In this document: piece by piece, positions 47,840 to 57,431 of the stretch
Layout of the letters: the number at the start of each line of letters is the position of its first letter
Numbering within the stretch: the stretch's first letter is position 1
Assembly (NCBI GenBank): GCA_048882485.1
Contig: JBHLRP010000015.1
Span: 8,327-67,536, forward strand
Source of the DNA: Candidatus Thorarchaeota archaeon
GTDB lineage: Archaea; Asgardarchaeota; Thorarchaeia; Thorarchaeales; Thorarchaeaceae
DNA length: 59,210 nucleotides
Direction of reading: 5' to 3'
Translations under genes and position numbers: made by a program
The notes under the pieces: generated by a model
Databases searched by the model: none
What the model was told of the DNA's origin: nothing
Seen by the model: the letters and a program-made list of their open reading frames with translations, nothing else

Positions 47840-48589
47840 TCATAGTACTTCTTTGAAACTGACTCCGACGAGATGACAGCATGTCAGAATTGCCCAGGTT
47901 CGCAATGCCCAAGTGAACATCATGAACCACGCCATTGGTTCAAGATAGAAGTACCACCACAGACCTTCCAATCCGCCCAGAAGCTCCATCGCACCACCAA
48001 TAGCAACACTGCTTATCAGGATAGAGAGATTCCATCCTCCTGAACGTGATTGAGTGTAGTACAAGCTAATGAGCCCAAGTGCCACGTAGGTAGCTGCAAG
48101 TAGTGGACTAAATAGACTCAGGTAGCCCTGGGCATAAGCAACGCCTACAATCATTATGATGGCAAGAATTGCTGGAAAGGTACGCATGAAAACGACAAGA
48201 CTGGTCCCGTGCCATTTTCCTTCCATCTTATCCAGCTGTTTCAAAACAGTTGTTCGGCTCAGATATTCTGAAACAGTAAGTATCACTAGAATGAACAAGG
48301 GCCATCCCATGACCGTAAGAAGTGACGGAGTGTTAAGGTCGAAGTAGATCAATATGCCACTTGATGTGTGAGCAAATTCATCAAGAAGAGCAATAATGAT
48401 TGAGAACCCGACCAAGAACATCAGGTCGCGGGTCTTCATTCTATTCGCTCTCCAGAGTCCGATGAATGATGCACCTGCCAGTCCAATAAGGAAGAAGATT
48501 GGCGACAGCGTATAATACTCGAGAATCAGAAACGATGCGGCAATGGCTGTTATGACCCAGCCAACTATGAATAGGTTCTTAGGGTTCAT
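47840..48589 (-). CDS. Multi-pass membrane protein
   Basis: About 8 TM; two internal DE/E...G...Y...P....W repeats. Confidence 0.7.
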   Translation of the reverse strand: MNPKNLFIVGWVITAIAASFLILEYYTLSPIFFLIGLAGASFIGLWRANRMKTRDLMFLVGFSIIIALLDEFAHTSSGILIYFDLNTPSLLTVMGWPLFILVILTVSEYLSRTTVLKQLDKMEGKWHGTSLVVFMRTFPAILAIIMIVGVAYAQGYLSLFSPLLAATYVALGLISLYYTQSRSGGWNLSILISSVAIGGAMELLGGLEGLWWYFYLEPMAWFMMFTWALRTWAILTCCHLVGVSFKEVL

Positions 48590-48696
48590 TACAAGATTTA
48601 ATCATCTAATTAGTAGGATTTATTTTCTTCGAAAATATATGATATTCTTAATAGCTTTAGAGAAACTAAAGCGATGCGCAATAGTAGGGGATAGAT

Positions 48697-50202
48697 TTGA
48701 GCTTCATACTGGACCCGCCGGCTCTGTTCCTGCTGGGTATTCTGACATATTATGTAGCGAAGAGGTGGAATCTAAAGGAGACCTTCACCGTCCTGATTCT
48801 TGCTGGTTGGGTGTTCATCTGTTTCATGGGTGGAAGCACTCTGCTATATATGGACGTCATAGACTGGCCAATACCCCCCACTGAAGGTCCTATCTGGATG
48901 TTCCATACGAATTATACAGGAATAACAAAGGCAAGCGTTCCTGTTTGGTTTGCCCTTTTCAACCTCTTTCTGTATCCAGTATGGATTATTCTGGGATATT
49001 CGCTATCACAGCGTCGGGACGAGGGATTCTTTCTCAGAAGCACTGCAACATTCAATGATGTGAAAAGTAGCAGGACTATTACTGACACCCGGACTTCTGT
49101 CAAGAGAGGTGACAATCCTCGAGAACTTGTCCGAGAGGCCATAGCAGAAATCGGAGGAATTGAAGAGTATGTCCAATCTGGAAACAAGGTACTTATCAAA
49201 CCAAACATTTGTGGCGGAAACCCTGAGATTCCGGGAACATTCACTGACGTGAGAATCGTCGATGAACTAGTGAGAATGATTCGTGAACAGGGTGCGGAAT
49301 CAATCGTCGCTGATTCTGACATGATTTGGACAAGATTCCATCCTGTTGCTGAAGCACAGGGATGGTTTCAGTGGGCAAAAGATGCTGAAGTGCCATTCAT
49401 CAATCTTGGTGATACTGAGTGGGTTCGGTTCGATTTTGGGAAGGGTAGCGCAATCGGAAAGGTTCCAGTTTCAAGGGAACTCGTGGATGCAGATGTGATC
49501 ATATCGGTTCCAACAATGAAGACACACCTATTGACAAACATCACTGTTGCAATGAAGAATATGTATGGAACGTTCCCTGAAGAGAATAAGGCGAAGTATC
49601 ACCGCTTTGGAATAGAGCGTGTTGTATACGAAGTGTGCAACGCATTCACTCCAAACCTTACAATCATTGACGGAACGGTTGGAGGCGAGGGTGCAGGTCC
49701 CCTCTCGAGCTCCCCTGTCAATTCTAAGACGATCATCGCCTCAAATGACATTGTTGCAGCGGATGCGATAGCGTGCAGGATTATGGGCTATGATCCAATG
49801 GAAGTGGCACACATCAGGCTTGCACATGGGAAACTTGGCAATGCCGAAGTGGACTTCACACCAGACAAGCTCTCTCCAAAGCACCCAAAGGATGGAGCGT
49901 GGAGTAAGCCGGAACCACTAGTAACGCTATTCTATGAAACACTGTGCGAACTAGTCCTTCTCTTGCCGAGTATGCAGATATTATTCGATCTGGCCGCTGA
50001 TTTCGTGTTGTATGATTTAGCAACTCTTCCCGTTTTCAAGAATACGACACCCATGATGCTCAACATTATGAACGCTGTTCTGGGTGCGCTATTCAGGTCA
50101 GGATATCGCGGTATCAAATGGACGCAGAAGGATCTGGAGGAGTTCAAGAAGCGAGTCCTTCCTCCTCAAGGTCTTCAGAAATCAGATTATAAGATTCACT
50201 AG
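48697..50202 (+). CDS. DUF362 family Fe-S protein with N-terminal membrane domain
   Basis: VLIKPN, ADVIISVP.MKTH....T.AMKNMYG, P.LTIIDG...EG.GP, D.VA.DA....MG.DP..V.HI. Confidence 0.85.
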   Translation: MSFILDPPALFLLGILTYYVAKRWNLKETFTVLILAGWVFICFMGGSTLLYMDVIDWPIPPTEGPIWMFHTNYTGITKASVPVWFALFNLFLYPVWIILGYSLSQRRDEGFFLRSTATFNDVKSSRTITDTRTSVKRGDNPRELVREAIAEIGGIEEYVQSGNKVLIKPNICGGNPEIPGTFTDVRIVDELVRMIREQGAESIVADSDMIWTRFHPVAEAQGWFQWAKDAEVPFINLGDTEWVRFDFGKGSAIGKVPVSRELVDADVIISVPTMKTHLLTNITVAMKNMYGTFPEENKAKYHRFGIERVVYEVCNAFTPNLTIIDGTVGGEGAGPLSSSPVNSKTIIASNDIVAADAIACRIMGYDPMEVAHIRLAHGKLGNAEVDFTPDKLSPKHPKDGAWSKPEPLVTLFYETLCELVLLLPSMQILFDLAADFVLYDLATLPVFKNTTPMMLNIMNAVLGALFRSGYRGIKWTQKDLEEFKKRVLPPQGLQKSDYKIH

Positions 50203-50208
50203 ATTCAG

Positions 50209-51291
50209 GTGTGGTGTCTGGTGGGAGGACATAATCACTCGAATGAAAGCAAAGGGGTATCATCACCAATGGAGATGATTCTCAGCAAATCTCCCCTTGC
50301 CGCTCATTGGACTTGTGTAATCATCGGTGTTTTGATATTTGTGGCCTATCCCATACTGGCAACAATTGGAGCTGAATCGGATATTGCAAGCGTCAGCATT
50401 TATGGTTCAGTCTATGCATTCAGCATCCCCCTCTTGATGTATGGAGAGTACTGGATGGGCTTAAACATAGCTCGGTCACTGAGAAAATTATGTAATGCAT
50501 TTGATATGGATCGTAACCTTGAAGGGGAGGTCTATCAAGAGATTCGAAACATTCCAAAAAGGCTGGGATATGGCATTATTTTGTCAGCGGTTCTAATGTT
50601 ACCTCCTCTTTTTCCGTATCCAGCATATTCGTATTTACCCCTTTTAGTCTACAGCTTTGCAATTGCAGCAATTGCTCGATTCATTATCGGCGAGATGATT
50701 CCTGGAGTCTATTCTCTGAATAAATGCGCGAAGAAGATAGGCTATGAACTTCGTGACCAAATCGATGTCATTGATGATAGGAAGCTAGACGCCCTAAAGG
50801 ACTTGGCAGGGTGGGGGCTTCAGATGTCTACTTTCGGAGGATTTGTCGCGATTGCGGCACTTGTGGGAGTCATTTATGATCCATCGCGAAGCGCCATCCT
50901 TCCACAGAGTGTGGCCGCAGGAAGTGTAATCGTCATAGCTTCATTCTTCATTGTATGGGCATTCATATCTCCAACTATAGAAATCCATATGATGATGCGC
51001 CAAGCCAAGCAAGAACTGCGACAGGAAATATCTGAGAGATACAATCACCTTTTTCAAGAACTGAGGAATCTACCCAGAAATAAGTCGCTCTTCAAGGATC
51101 AGGTTCGCATAAGGACTATTTCTGACTTGATGGATGCAATCGATAAAATGGAGATAAAAGCCAAAGAGGCTCCGGAATGGCCCTTTGATGTAAGACAAGT
51201 GCAAAAGGCAATGGGAACTTTCATTGCTCCAATAATCATCTTCTTGCTGCAGAACATTCCTGAGATAATTTCATTCCTCGGATTCAGCTAG
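50209..51291 (+). CDS. Multi-pass membrane protein
   Basis: Several TM helices; F..P...IH..M..AK and PEWPFD motifs. Alternative start ATG 50269. Confidence 0.7.
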   Translation: MWCLVGGHNHSNESKGVSSPMEMILSKSPLAAHWTCVIIGVLIFVAYPILATIGAESDIASVSIYGSVYAFSIPLLMYGEYWMGLNIARSLRKLCNAFDMDRNLEGEVYQEIRNIPKRLGYGIILSAVLMLPPLFPYPAYSYLPLLVYSFAIAAIARFIIGEMIPGVYSLNKCAKKIGYELRDQIDVIDDRKLDALKDLAGWGLQMSTFGGFVAIAALVGVIYDPSRSAILPQSVAAGSVIVIASFFIVWAFISPTIEIHMMMRQAKQELRQEISERYNHLFQELRNLPRNKSLFKDQVRIRTISDLMDAIDKMEIKAKEAPEWPFDVRQVQKAMGTFIAPIIIFLLQNIPEIISFLGFS

Positions 51292-51884
51292 TTCAGAGCA
51301 AAGTCCCATGAGGCCCGCGAAAAGATTGCTGGTTTTCGAATTGGGACTCCCATTCCGTGAAAATGCTTGCCATAAGCTTAGACCAATTATCCAAGGAATT
51401 CCCCCTCTAAACTGCAGTCAAGTCATCTATGCCTTGATTCCGTTGTCGTGTCTAACAGTGTGCAAGAGGGGACTGACTGGTAATTTTTCCAATCCTACTG
51501 AACTCCATAATGAACAAGAAATATTTGGACCAATTCCAAGAGTAGCAGGATGATCGATTGAAGATAACCTGATACATTGAAATTAATACTCTCCACGCAA
51601 GGACTGTTTCCTCTTGGTCACTCGATTCATTAACCGCTTCTATTGCCAGTGCAAGGACTGGCTTGTTGAGCTGATGGTCCGCAAAAGCGTCATAGATTTA
51701 ATCGAAAACTTAAATTCAAAGTTGATATATTAAGTTTCAATTGCAGGATTCGAGTGTCCGGTTTTCATGCATATTATTATGGAATTCGTCATGCATTAAA
51801 ACGCTGTGACGAGTGCATATCAAGTAGAATGGCAAAATTGGAAATTGATTGAGGCTGAACAATTAACTGGTTTCGAAAAACCAA

Positions 51885-52625
51885 TTGGGAAAGAAGGTGA
51901 TAGAAATATCGGAAGAGGTAGAGGAAGAGGACCTTCCTTCTAGTTCCGAAGGAATACCAGATGATGCTTGGGCCCTTTTCTTCAGAGGTATCGCAGCTCG
52001 CAAAAAGAAAGACAATCCTGATGCCATTGAGTTCTACCAAAAAGCTATCGAGATATATCCGAAGTTCCATCAGGCTTGGAATAATCTGGGCTATGCATTC
52101 ATGGATGAAGGGCGAATGGACAAGGCGATTGAAGCTTTTGAAGAAGCGGTTGCAATTAAACCGGATTATCACAAAGCTCTCCATAGTCTAAGCGAAGCTT
52201 ACTGGAAAAAGGGAACCATTGATGACCTCGATAGAGGAATGAAGTATTTAGTTAAGGCGCTGGAAATAAAGCCGAGCTATACATTGGCGAAAAAGGACCT
52301 TGAGAAGTTTCAAGCTAGGTTGGAGAAAGCGAGAGAAATAGAAGAACAACATACTGAAGTCACCAAGATGATTAGAAGTCTTAGACTAAGAATAAAGAAT
52401 CTGCCCGGAAATGTTGATACAGATGGTTTTCTCACAGATCTTGGCAGACTCCAAGGGGCGTATACAACAGAAATTGAGAGATACTTAGGTGATATCAAAG
52501 AAGAAGCGGACAAGATGCATGACAAAACATGGTTTCAACGGAACAAGCAGGGAATCATAGTTGTTATAACGTCGCTTCTTTCAGGTCTCTTCACATTAAT
52601 TGCTGCTATTATCTCTAAGATCTAG
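51885..52625 (+). CDS. TPR-repeat protein with C-terminal TM anchor
   Basis: AIEFYQKAIEIYP, AWNNLGYA, A.EAFEEAVAIKPDY, KALEIKPSY; hydrophobic tail. Confidence 0.85.
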   Translation: MGKKVIEISEEVEEEDLPSSSEGIPDDAWALFFRGIAARKKKDNPDAIEFYQKAIEIYPKFHQAWNNLGYAFMDEGRMDKAIEAFEEAVAIKPDYHKALHSLSEAYWKKGTIDDLDRGMKYLVKALEIKPSYTLAKKDLEKFQARLEKAREIEEQHTEVTKMIRSLRLRIKNLPGNVDTDGFLTDLGRLQGAYTTEIERYLGDIKEEADKMHDKTWFQRNKQGIIVVITSLLSGLFTLIAAIISKI

Positions 52626-52672
52626 CCTATCCGGACGGAGCCTGTTTCAGGAGATGGAATATAGTAGCAGCA

Positions 52673-53737
52673 TCATTCATTATCTCCCAAATCTAAATCT
52701 ACGAATACTGGACGATGGTCACTGGGCATCCTCTCACGTTCATATTGTTTGCTATCGTCACATTCACTATTGAACTCTTCATGAGCGATTCCTGCATTGG
52801 TTATTATGCTGGGTAATGAAAGCGCAGGAGAAACAAGAATGTGATCTAATAATAGCGGTCGGTCATCAATCCCATCAATGAAATCATCAAAGATTGCAGT
52901 ATAGCGCTTCTCCAAGGGAACTCTTTCAAGGAAACTGTGCATGAACAATAGTCGCGGGTAGTAAGTGCTTCCCAACAGAATATCTGTAACATTGTGCGAT
53001 AAATAGACTCTTTCGAAGTAGTCGTGTCCAGGTCCGTCATTCAAATCACCTGTGACCACTGTAAGTGCAAGAGGGTTCTCCTTTATAATATCATTCAGGT
53101 ACCTACGAGCACGCATTGCTTCGGAAGCTATTCTCCGTCGATTCTTCATTGCTTTCTCAATGAACTCGGGTCGATCATTTTCACTTTCCCACATTTCTTT
53201 CTGTCCATGAACATATTTCGATTTCGTATGAAGCGACATTATCCGTAGCGTTTTTCCCGAACATGTCCCTTCCACAACAACAGGACTTCTTGTGAAGCCG
53301 TACTCAATTGGTTTCAATCCGCCATCAATATCTGATTTCCAGCTTTTGTGGAGGGCATCCGTTATGGAATCACGCGGTATTACGCAGTTCTTAAATTCTC
53401 CATCTTTCTTTGCAAGAATATAGACCTTCTGAGACCCCCCCTCTAGTTTTGGAGAATTATCGACGTAGCCCTTTCCAGCTCCAAATACATCGTACACGTT
53501 GTTGAGGTATTTCTTCACAAACAAAGACATCTCCCTGTGGTCGCTAGGACCTTCTTGAACAGTCAAAATGTCAGGGGCTATTTTCGAAATAACTGATGCA
53601 ACCCGTTTGCACAAACTATCCACATCATCAATCTGACCCTTTCCTCCTTGGGGTTCATACTTGGATCTTAATGCAACTAGACCGTTGCCAACGAACCAAT
53701 TGTTCATCCATTCAATATTCCAATTCATGATTCTCAT
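52673..53737 (-). CDS. Endonuclease/exonuclease/phosphatase (EEP) family protein
   Basis: MRIMNWNIE, PDIL.VQE, H.KSK, GDLND, LDHILVS, SDHRPV. Confidence 0.92.
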   Translation of the reverse strand: MRIMNWNIEWMNNWFVGNGLVALRSKYEPQGGKGQIDDVDSLCKRVASVISKIAPDILTVQEGPSDHREMSLFVKKYLNNVYDVFGAGKGYVDNSPKLEGGSQKVYILAKKDGEFKNCVIPRDSITDALHKSWKSDIDGGLKPIEYGFTRSPVVVEGTCSGKTLRIMSLHTKSKYVHGQKEMWESENDRPEFIEKAMKNRRRIASEAMRARRYLNDIIKENPLALTVVTGDLNDGPGHDYFERVYLSHNVTDILLGSTYYPRLLFMHSFLERVPLEKRYTAIFDDFIDGIDDRPLLLDHILVSPALSLPSIITNAGIAHEEFNSECDDSKQYERERMPSDHRPVFVDLDLGDNE

Positions 53738-54081
53738 TAAATTTCACCTTCCAAATCACATGAGATGAAACGCACCAAGATAATCTGAGTAAATCCGACT
53801 CTTGTTCTTCTTGCATTCGGTAGTATTTCTTAATTTGCCTTCTAGATTTCTTCCTGTACATATCTTGCGTCTATCAGGAGGACTTCGAGTATTTGCTGTC
53901 CGCCCCTTCAAGGGAAATAATAGATGAAGCCTGTTGAGAGATAGTGGCATGTGAGCTTTGATTTAGATTCCTCATTCTATTGAAGAGAATCAGATTTCGC
54001 ATCTCACTTCATCCATTTCTTACGAAACCGTTAAAACAAACCATCTGTATAGTTTCTTTTTGTTTCTATAATCTATGAATA

Positions 54082-54702
54082 ATGAATTGGAGAAGAGGAG
54101 GAGATTGTATTCCGCTAAGCAAGAGTGATAAAATCGACATACTCGATTTCGCACGAATGAAGTGGGCACACGCAGAAAGTCTCATTCCTGGATACATGAG
54201 AGCTAAGAATAGTGCAATAAGAATTGGCCAAGCTATGAGGTTCCTCACCTTCGTGGCAGGTGTAGTAACTGCCATTAGTACTGCATTCCCGGGTGAAACA
54301 AGTTCTTTTACTGCTATCGCAGGAGTGACAACTGGAATTGTTGCCGCAGCCCAGACTGTATACACACCTGAGAAAGCAGAAAAGAGATTCTACAGCATTG
54401 AGCGAAGACTCTGTGGCCATCAGGACAAATTGGTTCTTGTCTGTAGTGAACTTGAGGGATTCGCCTCAAAGCGGGATGGATTAGATCGAGTAAAAGATGT
54501 GAGTAAGGAGATTGACGAGGTAATCCGAGACGAACCAGTAATTGTGACTCCAGAAGACAAAAGTGAGGCAGACCTTTCTTCGAAGAGAATTCGTTGTGCT
54601 ACCAAACTTAAAAGCCTTCGAGAGGAGATGCTTCCCGTTGGGGAGGAACCCGAACAACCAGAGGAGGAGGCAGAAGGGATTGAGGTTGCTTTTGCATTCT
54701 AA
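54082..54702 (+). CDS. SLATT-like two-TM effector protein
   Basis: H...Y...N helix, two TM helices (FLTFVAGVVTAIST; IAGVTTGIVAAAQT), then Y.PE....RFY...RL helical tail typical of SLATT domains. Confidence 0.6.
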   Translation: MNWRRGGDCIPLSKSDKIDILDFARMKWAHAESLIPGYMRAKNSAIRIGQAMRFLTFVAGVVTAISTAFPGETSSFTAIAGVTTGIVAAAQTVYTPEKAEKRFYSIERRLCGHQDKLVLVCSELEGFASKRDGLDRVKDVSKEIDEVIRDEPVIVTPEDKSEADLSSKRIRCATKLKSLREEMLPVGEEPEQPEEEAEGIEVAFAF

Positions 54703-54720
54703 TGGGAGTAGTGATGGATT

Positions 54721-55065
54721 ATGCTGCGAGTAAAACACGAGCTTGTTAAGGACAAAGATGGAAGAATCATCTATCGAGTCTACACACCTGGAGGACGAAG
54801 ACATTACAACATTCGGTTATTCATAACCGGAGAGCCCCCTGAAGGCCTTACAATTACTAGAGTACAATATCAGCTACATCCGACGTTCAAGAAACAGATT
54901 CGGGAAGGAAACAGTGCGAAGGAATGGGAGGAGTACATCTGGACTTGGGGTATGTTCACTCTCACTGCCAAGATAGAATTCTCAGATGGAAGTGCAAAAG
55001 AAATCAGGTACAGACTTGAGTACGATTTGCCAAAAGATGATGGAGAGAACTACGTTCAGCAGTAG
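54721..55065 (+). CDS. Prokaryotic YEATS (pYEATS) domain protein
   Basis: YNIRLFI...ITRVQYQLHPTF..IR......IWTWGMF.L.AKI.F.DG matches the YEATS V.F.LHPSF...GWG.F signature. Confidence 0.8.
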   Translation: MLRVKHELVKDKDGRIIYRVYTPGGRRHYNIRLFITGEPPEGLTITRVQYQLHPTFKKQIREGNSAKEWEEYIWTWGMFTLTAKIEFSDGSAKEIRYRLEYDLPKDDGENYVQQ

Positions 55066-55473
55066 GAATTGTCGATAACGAAAGCACCCGCGATTCTATA
55101 GATTAGAGTAGGGAATTGCTCAGACAGATAGATCGGGTTTTCTCCTGATGCATTGCTACTGGCAAGCAGAAACTATTAGCATCAGCCTCCCAAGACATAA
55201 TGTACAACCAAGCGCATCCACCCGAATTCCGATTGGATTCTTGATTACAGAAGAGATTTCAAAGCCGAAATTGTCATCACCAAGATACTCTGCCCGCTGG
55301 TTCATTAGAGGAGTGTCTTGCTAATGCCTTGATTGGGTAAGGGTTTTGATGTGTCATGTCATTCTCAACCACATTTTTGTACTCATTGCTCGAAGTAGGG
55401 CTTCCGCTTGAATCCAAATCATATGGAGGGAGAAATGGAACCTCAAGAGCTTCGCGTATGCAAACTGAGAATA

Positions 55474-56601
55474 CTACTTCAATGGCCCCGGTCTAAAGTT
55501 GACTCGAGGAAGCGCGACATTGTTTCTGAATTGTGCCAAATCTGGAAGCTCAAGTCCTTCTGTAGAATAGTCTAGACTGATGCCGAATTCCTCACAGACA
55601 CTATCGATTGTCTTCATTTCCTCCTTTGCTGATTTTCTTATGCCATCAACAGAATAGAGTCCTGGCTCGCTGAATGTGTCTTTGAAGAAAGCGATGACCT
55701 TGCCTTTTGCATCCTTGGGACTTAAAGCGGTTATTAGCCTGTTCAATTCAGAATGGAACTGCTCCAGCCAAGCGAATGACATCGCTTTATACACTAGCAT
55801 CTCTAGAAGGATTTTGTTATTCGTGTGAAATTCAAGTAATTGCGAATCAGTTTCTGATCTTTCCAGTCGTTCTTCAGATTTCTTGGCATAATCATAACAA
55901 AAGGCAGCATAGCCACACAGCCCTCTCTGAAGAGAAACGTGCCCCATATATGTCAGAATTAGCGAAAATCTATTGTCAAAGTAGTAAGCAATCTTCGAAA
56001 CGTAATGAAGGTGATCATCGGAGTAATCATCGTCTCTTGACGTTGCATGATTCTCTGCTTCCAATAGAAATTCCTCTATTGCATATGCAAGGGATGTCAT
56101 ACAAGCAATAGAGTCAAAATCAAGACTGCCATCAGCATCGAGCAAAAGGTCTTCAGAACTCTCCAGAACATGAATGCCCATTAGAGCCATATCACTAAAA
56201 TAGTCAAAAAGCTGGATTCCTAGTTTATCGATATAATTGGTTCGTATTCCAAAATTCCTACTCACAACTGGATATTCTATCTTGAGATCTCGTAGAAGCA
56301 GCATACTCTGGCAATACTCCTCGAAGAACCGCTTTATCTCATCCATATTCTCCGCGTATTCCACGTCGACTACAAGGTTCCTAAGCTGAATGAGATGCTG
56401 AATGCCATCCGTTGCCGCTTTTACATAAGTCTTCAATGTCGAATTATCCTCAGCCATCATCTGCAGTTGATTTATTGTTTCATCTCGAAACTTCGATTCA
56501 TCTCTATCATAGAGCTTCACTTGTCGGTCGAAGCGTTGAACAAAGAAGCTCGCAAGACTACCCAAAGCTCGTCCTAGCATAACCATTTCAGGAAGTGACA
56601 T
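55474..56601 (-). CDS. Hypothetical alpha-helical protein
   Basis: Long ORF (open to 56658), helical composition. No family recognised. Confidence 0.7.
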   Translation of the reverse strand: MSLPEMVMLGRALGSLASFFVQRFDRQVKLYDRDESKFRDETINQLQMMAEDNSTLKTYVKAATDGIQHLIQLRNLVVDVEYAENMDEIKRFFEEYCQSMLLLRDLKIEYPVVSRNFGIRTNYIDKLGIQLFDYFSDMALMGIHVLESSEDLLLDADGSLDFDSIACMTSLAYAIEEFLLEAENHATSRDDDYSDDHLHYVSKIAYYFDNRFSLILTYMGHVSLQRGLCGYAAFCYDYAKKSEERLERSETDSQLLEFHTNNKILLEMLVYKAMSFAWLEQFHSELNRLITALSPKDAKGKVIAFFKDTFSEPGLYSVDGIRKSAKEEMKTIDSVCEEFGISLDYSTEGLELPDLAQFRNNVALPRVNFRPGPLK

Positions 56602-56730
56602 ATTACTACCCCAATTGCTCAACCTAGAAAACGGCGTGTTCGGTGTTGCATCTCTCAATAACCAGTCTTTTTTCGATTTATATAAACTCCGCTAAGCCTG
56701 ATTGAAATGACCTTTTACTTCATTATGAAG

Positions 56731-56826
56731 ACTGCTTTCAATCAAGCATCAATATTCACAATTGCATCGAATACAGCTAGGATGTAAACCAACTGAAACC
56801 TGTAAAAATGTCAGATGTCAAAATGA
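56731..56826 (+). repeat. Diverged duplicate of 11832-11927 (3' end of membrane-protein gene plus spacer up to the repeat core)
   Basis: 96-bp ungapped alignment with 12 mismatches counted by eye, all transitions. Confidence 0.92.
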
Positions 56827-56956
56827 GAATACGCTCAGTGGCATGAGCAAGGGTAAGACCAACTTGGTGTTAGGCAACCTAACCGATTGCACTGCGCTCC
56901 CCATCTTAAGCCTAGACCTCTCTGCCCGAAGACAGAACAAGCTGTCGGGATACGAA
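56820..56956 (+). repeat. Dispersed repeat type B
   Basis: AAAATGAGAATACGCTCAGTGGCATGAGCAAGGGTAAGACCAA...TTAGGCAACCT...AAGCC...CTCTCT...CAAGCTGT. Confidence 0.7.
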
Positions 56957-57179
56957 TTCTATCAGATGCTGCCGGAAATATAGGCACACCCTCCCGTGTT
57001 CTAGCACGCTCGTGAATGGTAGGGAATTTCTAATTGCAATCATCGAGAAGTCCGAAATAAAAGATCGCACTGAATCAATTTTGGCTCCAGGTATACCGAA
57101 CCCTATAAAGGCAAGTAAGTTCTATATATCCGACCTAATAAGTAGAATATCGATTAAATACTGTGATAGAGGGTTGTGA

Positions 57180-57395
57180 ATGGTCGATAAACCAGACACT
57201 CAAACAGTTAATATCGTGGTAAATGGGAACGATGATTTGCTTGTTGAGGAGTTAAAGAGCAAATTGGCGAAGTATGTAATTACCGTTGAAACATATCATG
57301 ATTCATCGGTTGATTCTCCTGTTCTTGTAACATCGAAAGGGATATTTCAATCTAAAACAGGCCTTGATTGTTTCCTAAGGATTGTGTCAGAGTAA
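57180..57395 (+). CDS. Small glutaredoxin-fold-like protein lacking CxxC
   Basis: PVLVTSKGIFQS..GL..F resembles the Grx cis-Pro/GG region. GAGGG RBS; coupled to the next gene. Confidence 0.5.
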   Translation: MVDKPDTQTVNIVVNGNDDLLVEELKSKLAKYVITVETYHDSSVDSPVLVTSKGIFQSKTGLDCFLRIVSE

Positions 57396-57431
57396 GATTA
57401 TTCCCTGTTTTGCTATTGCAGAGGGGTTGCT

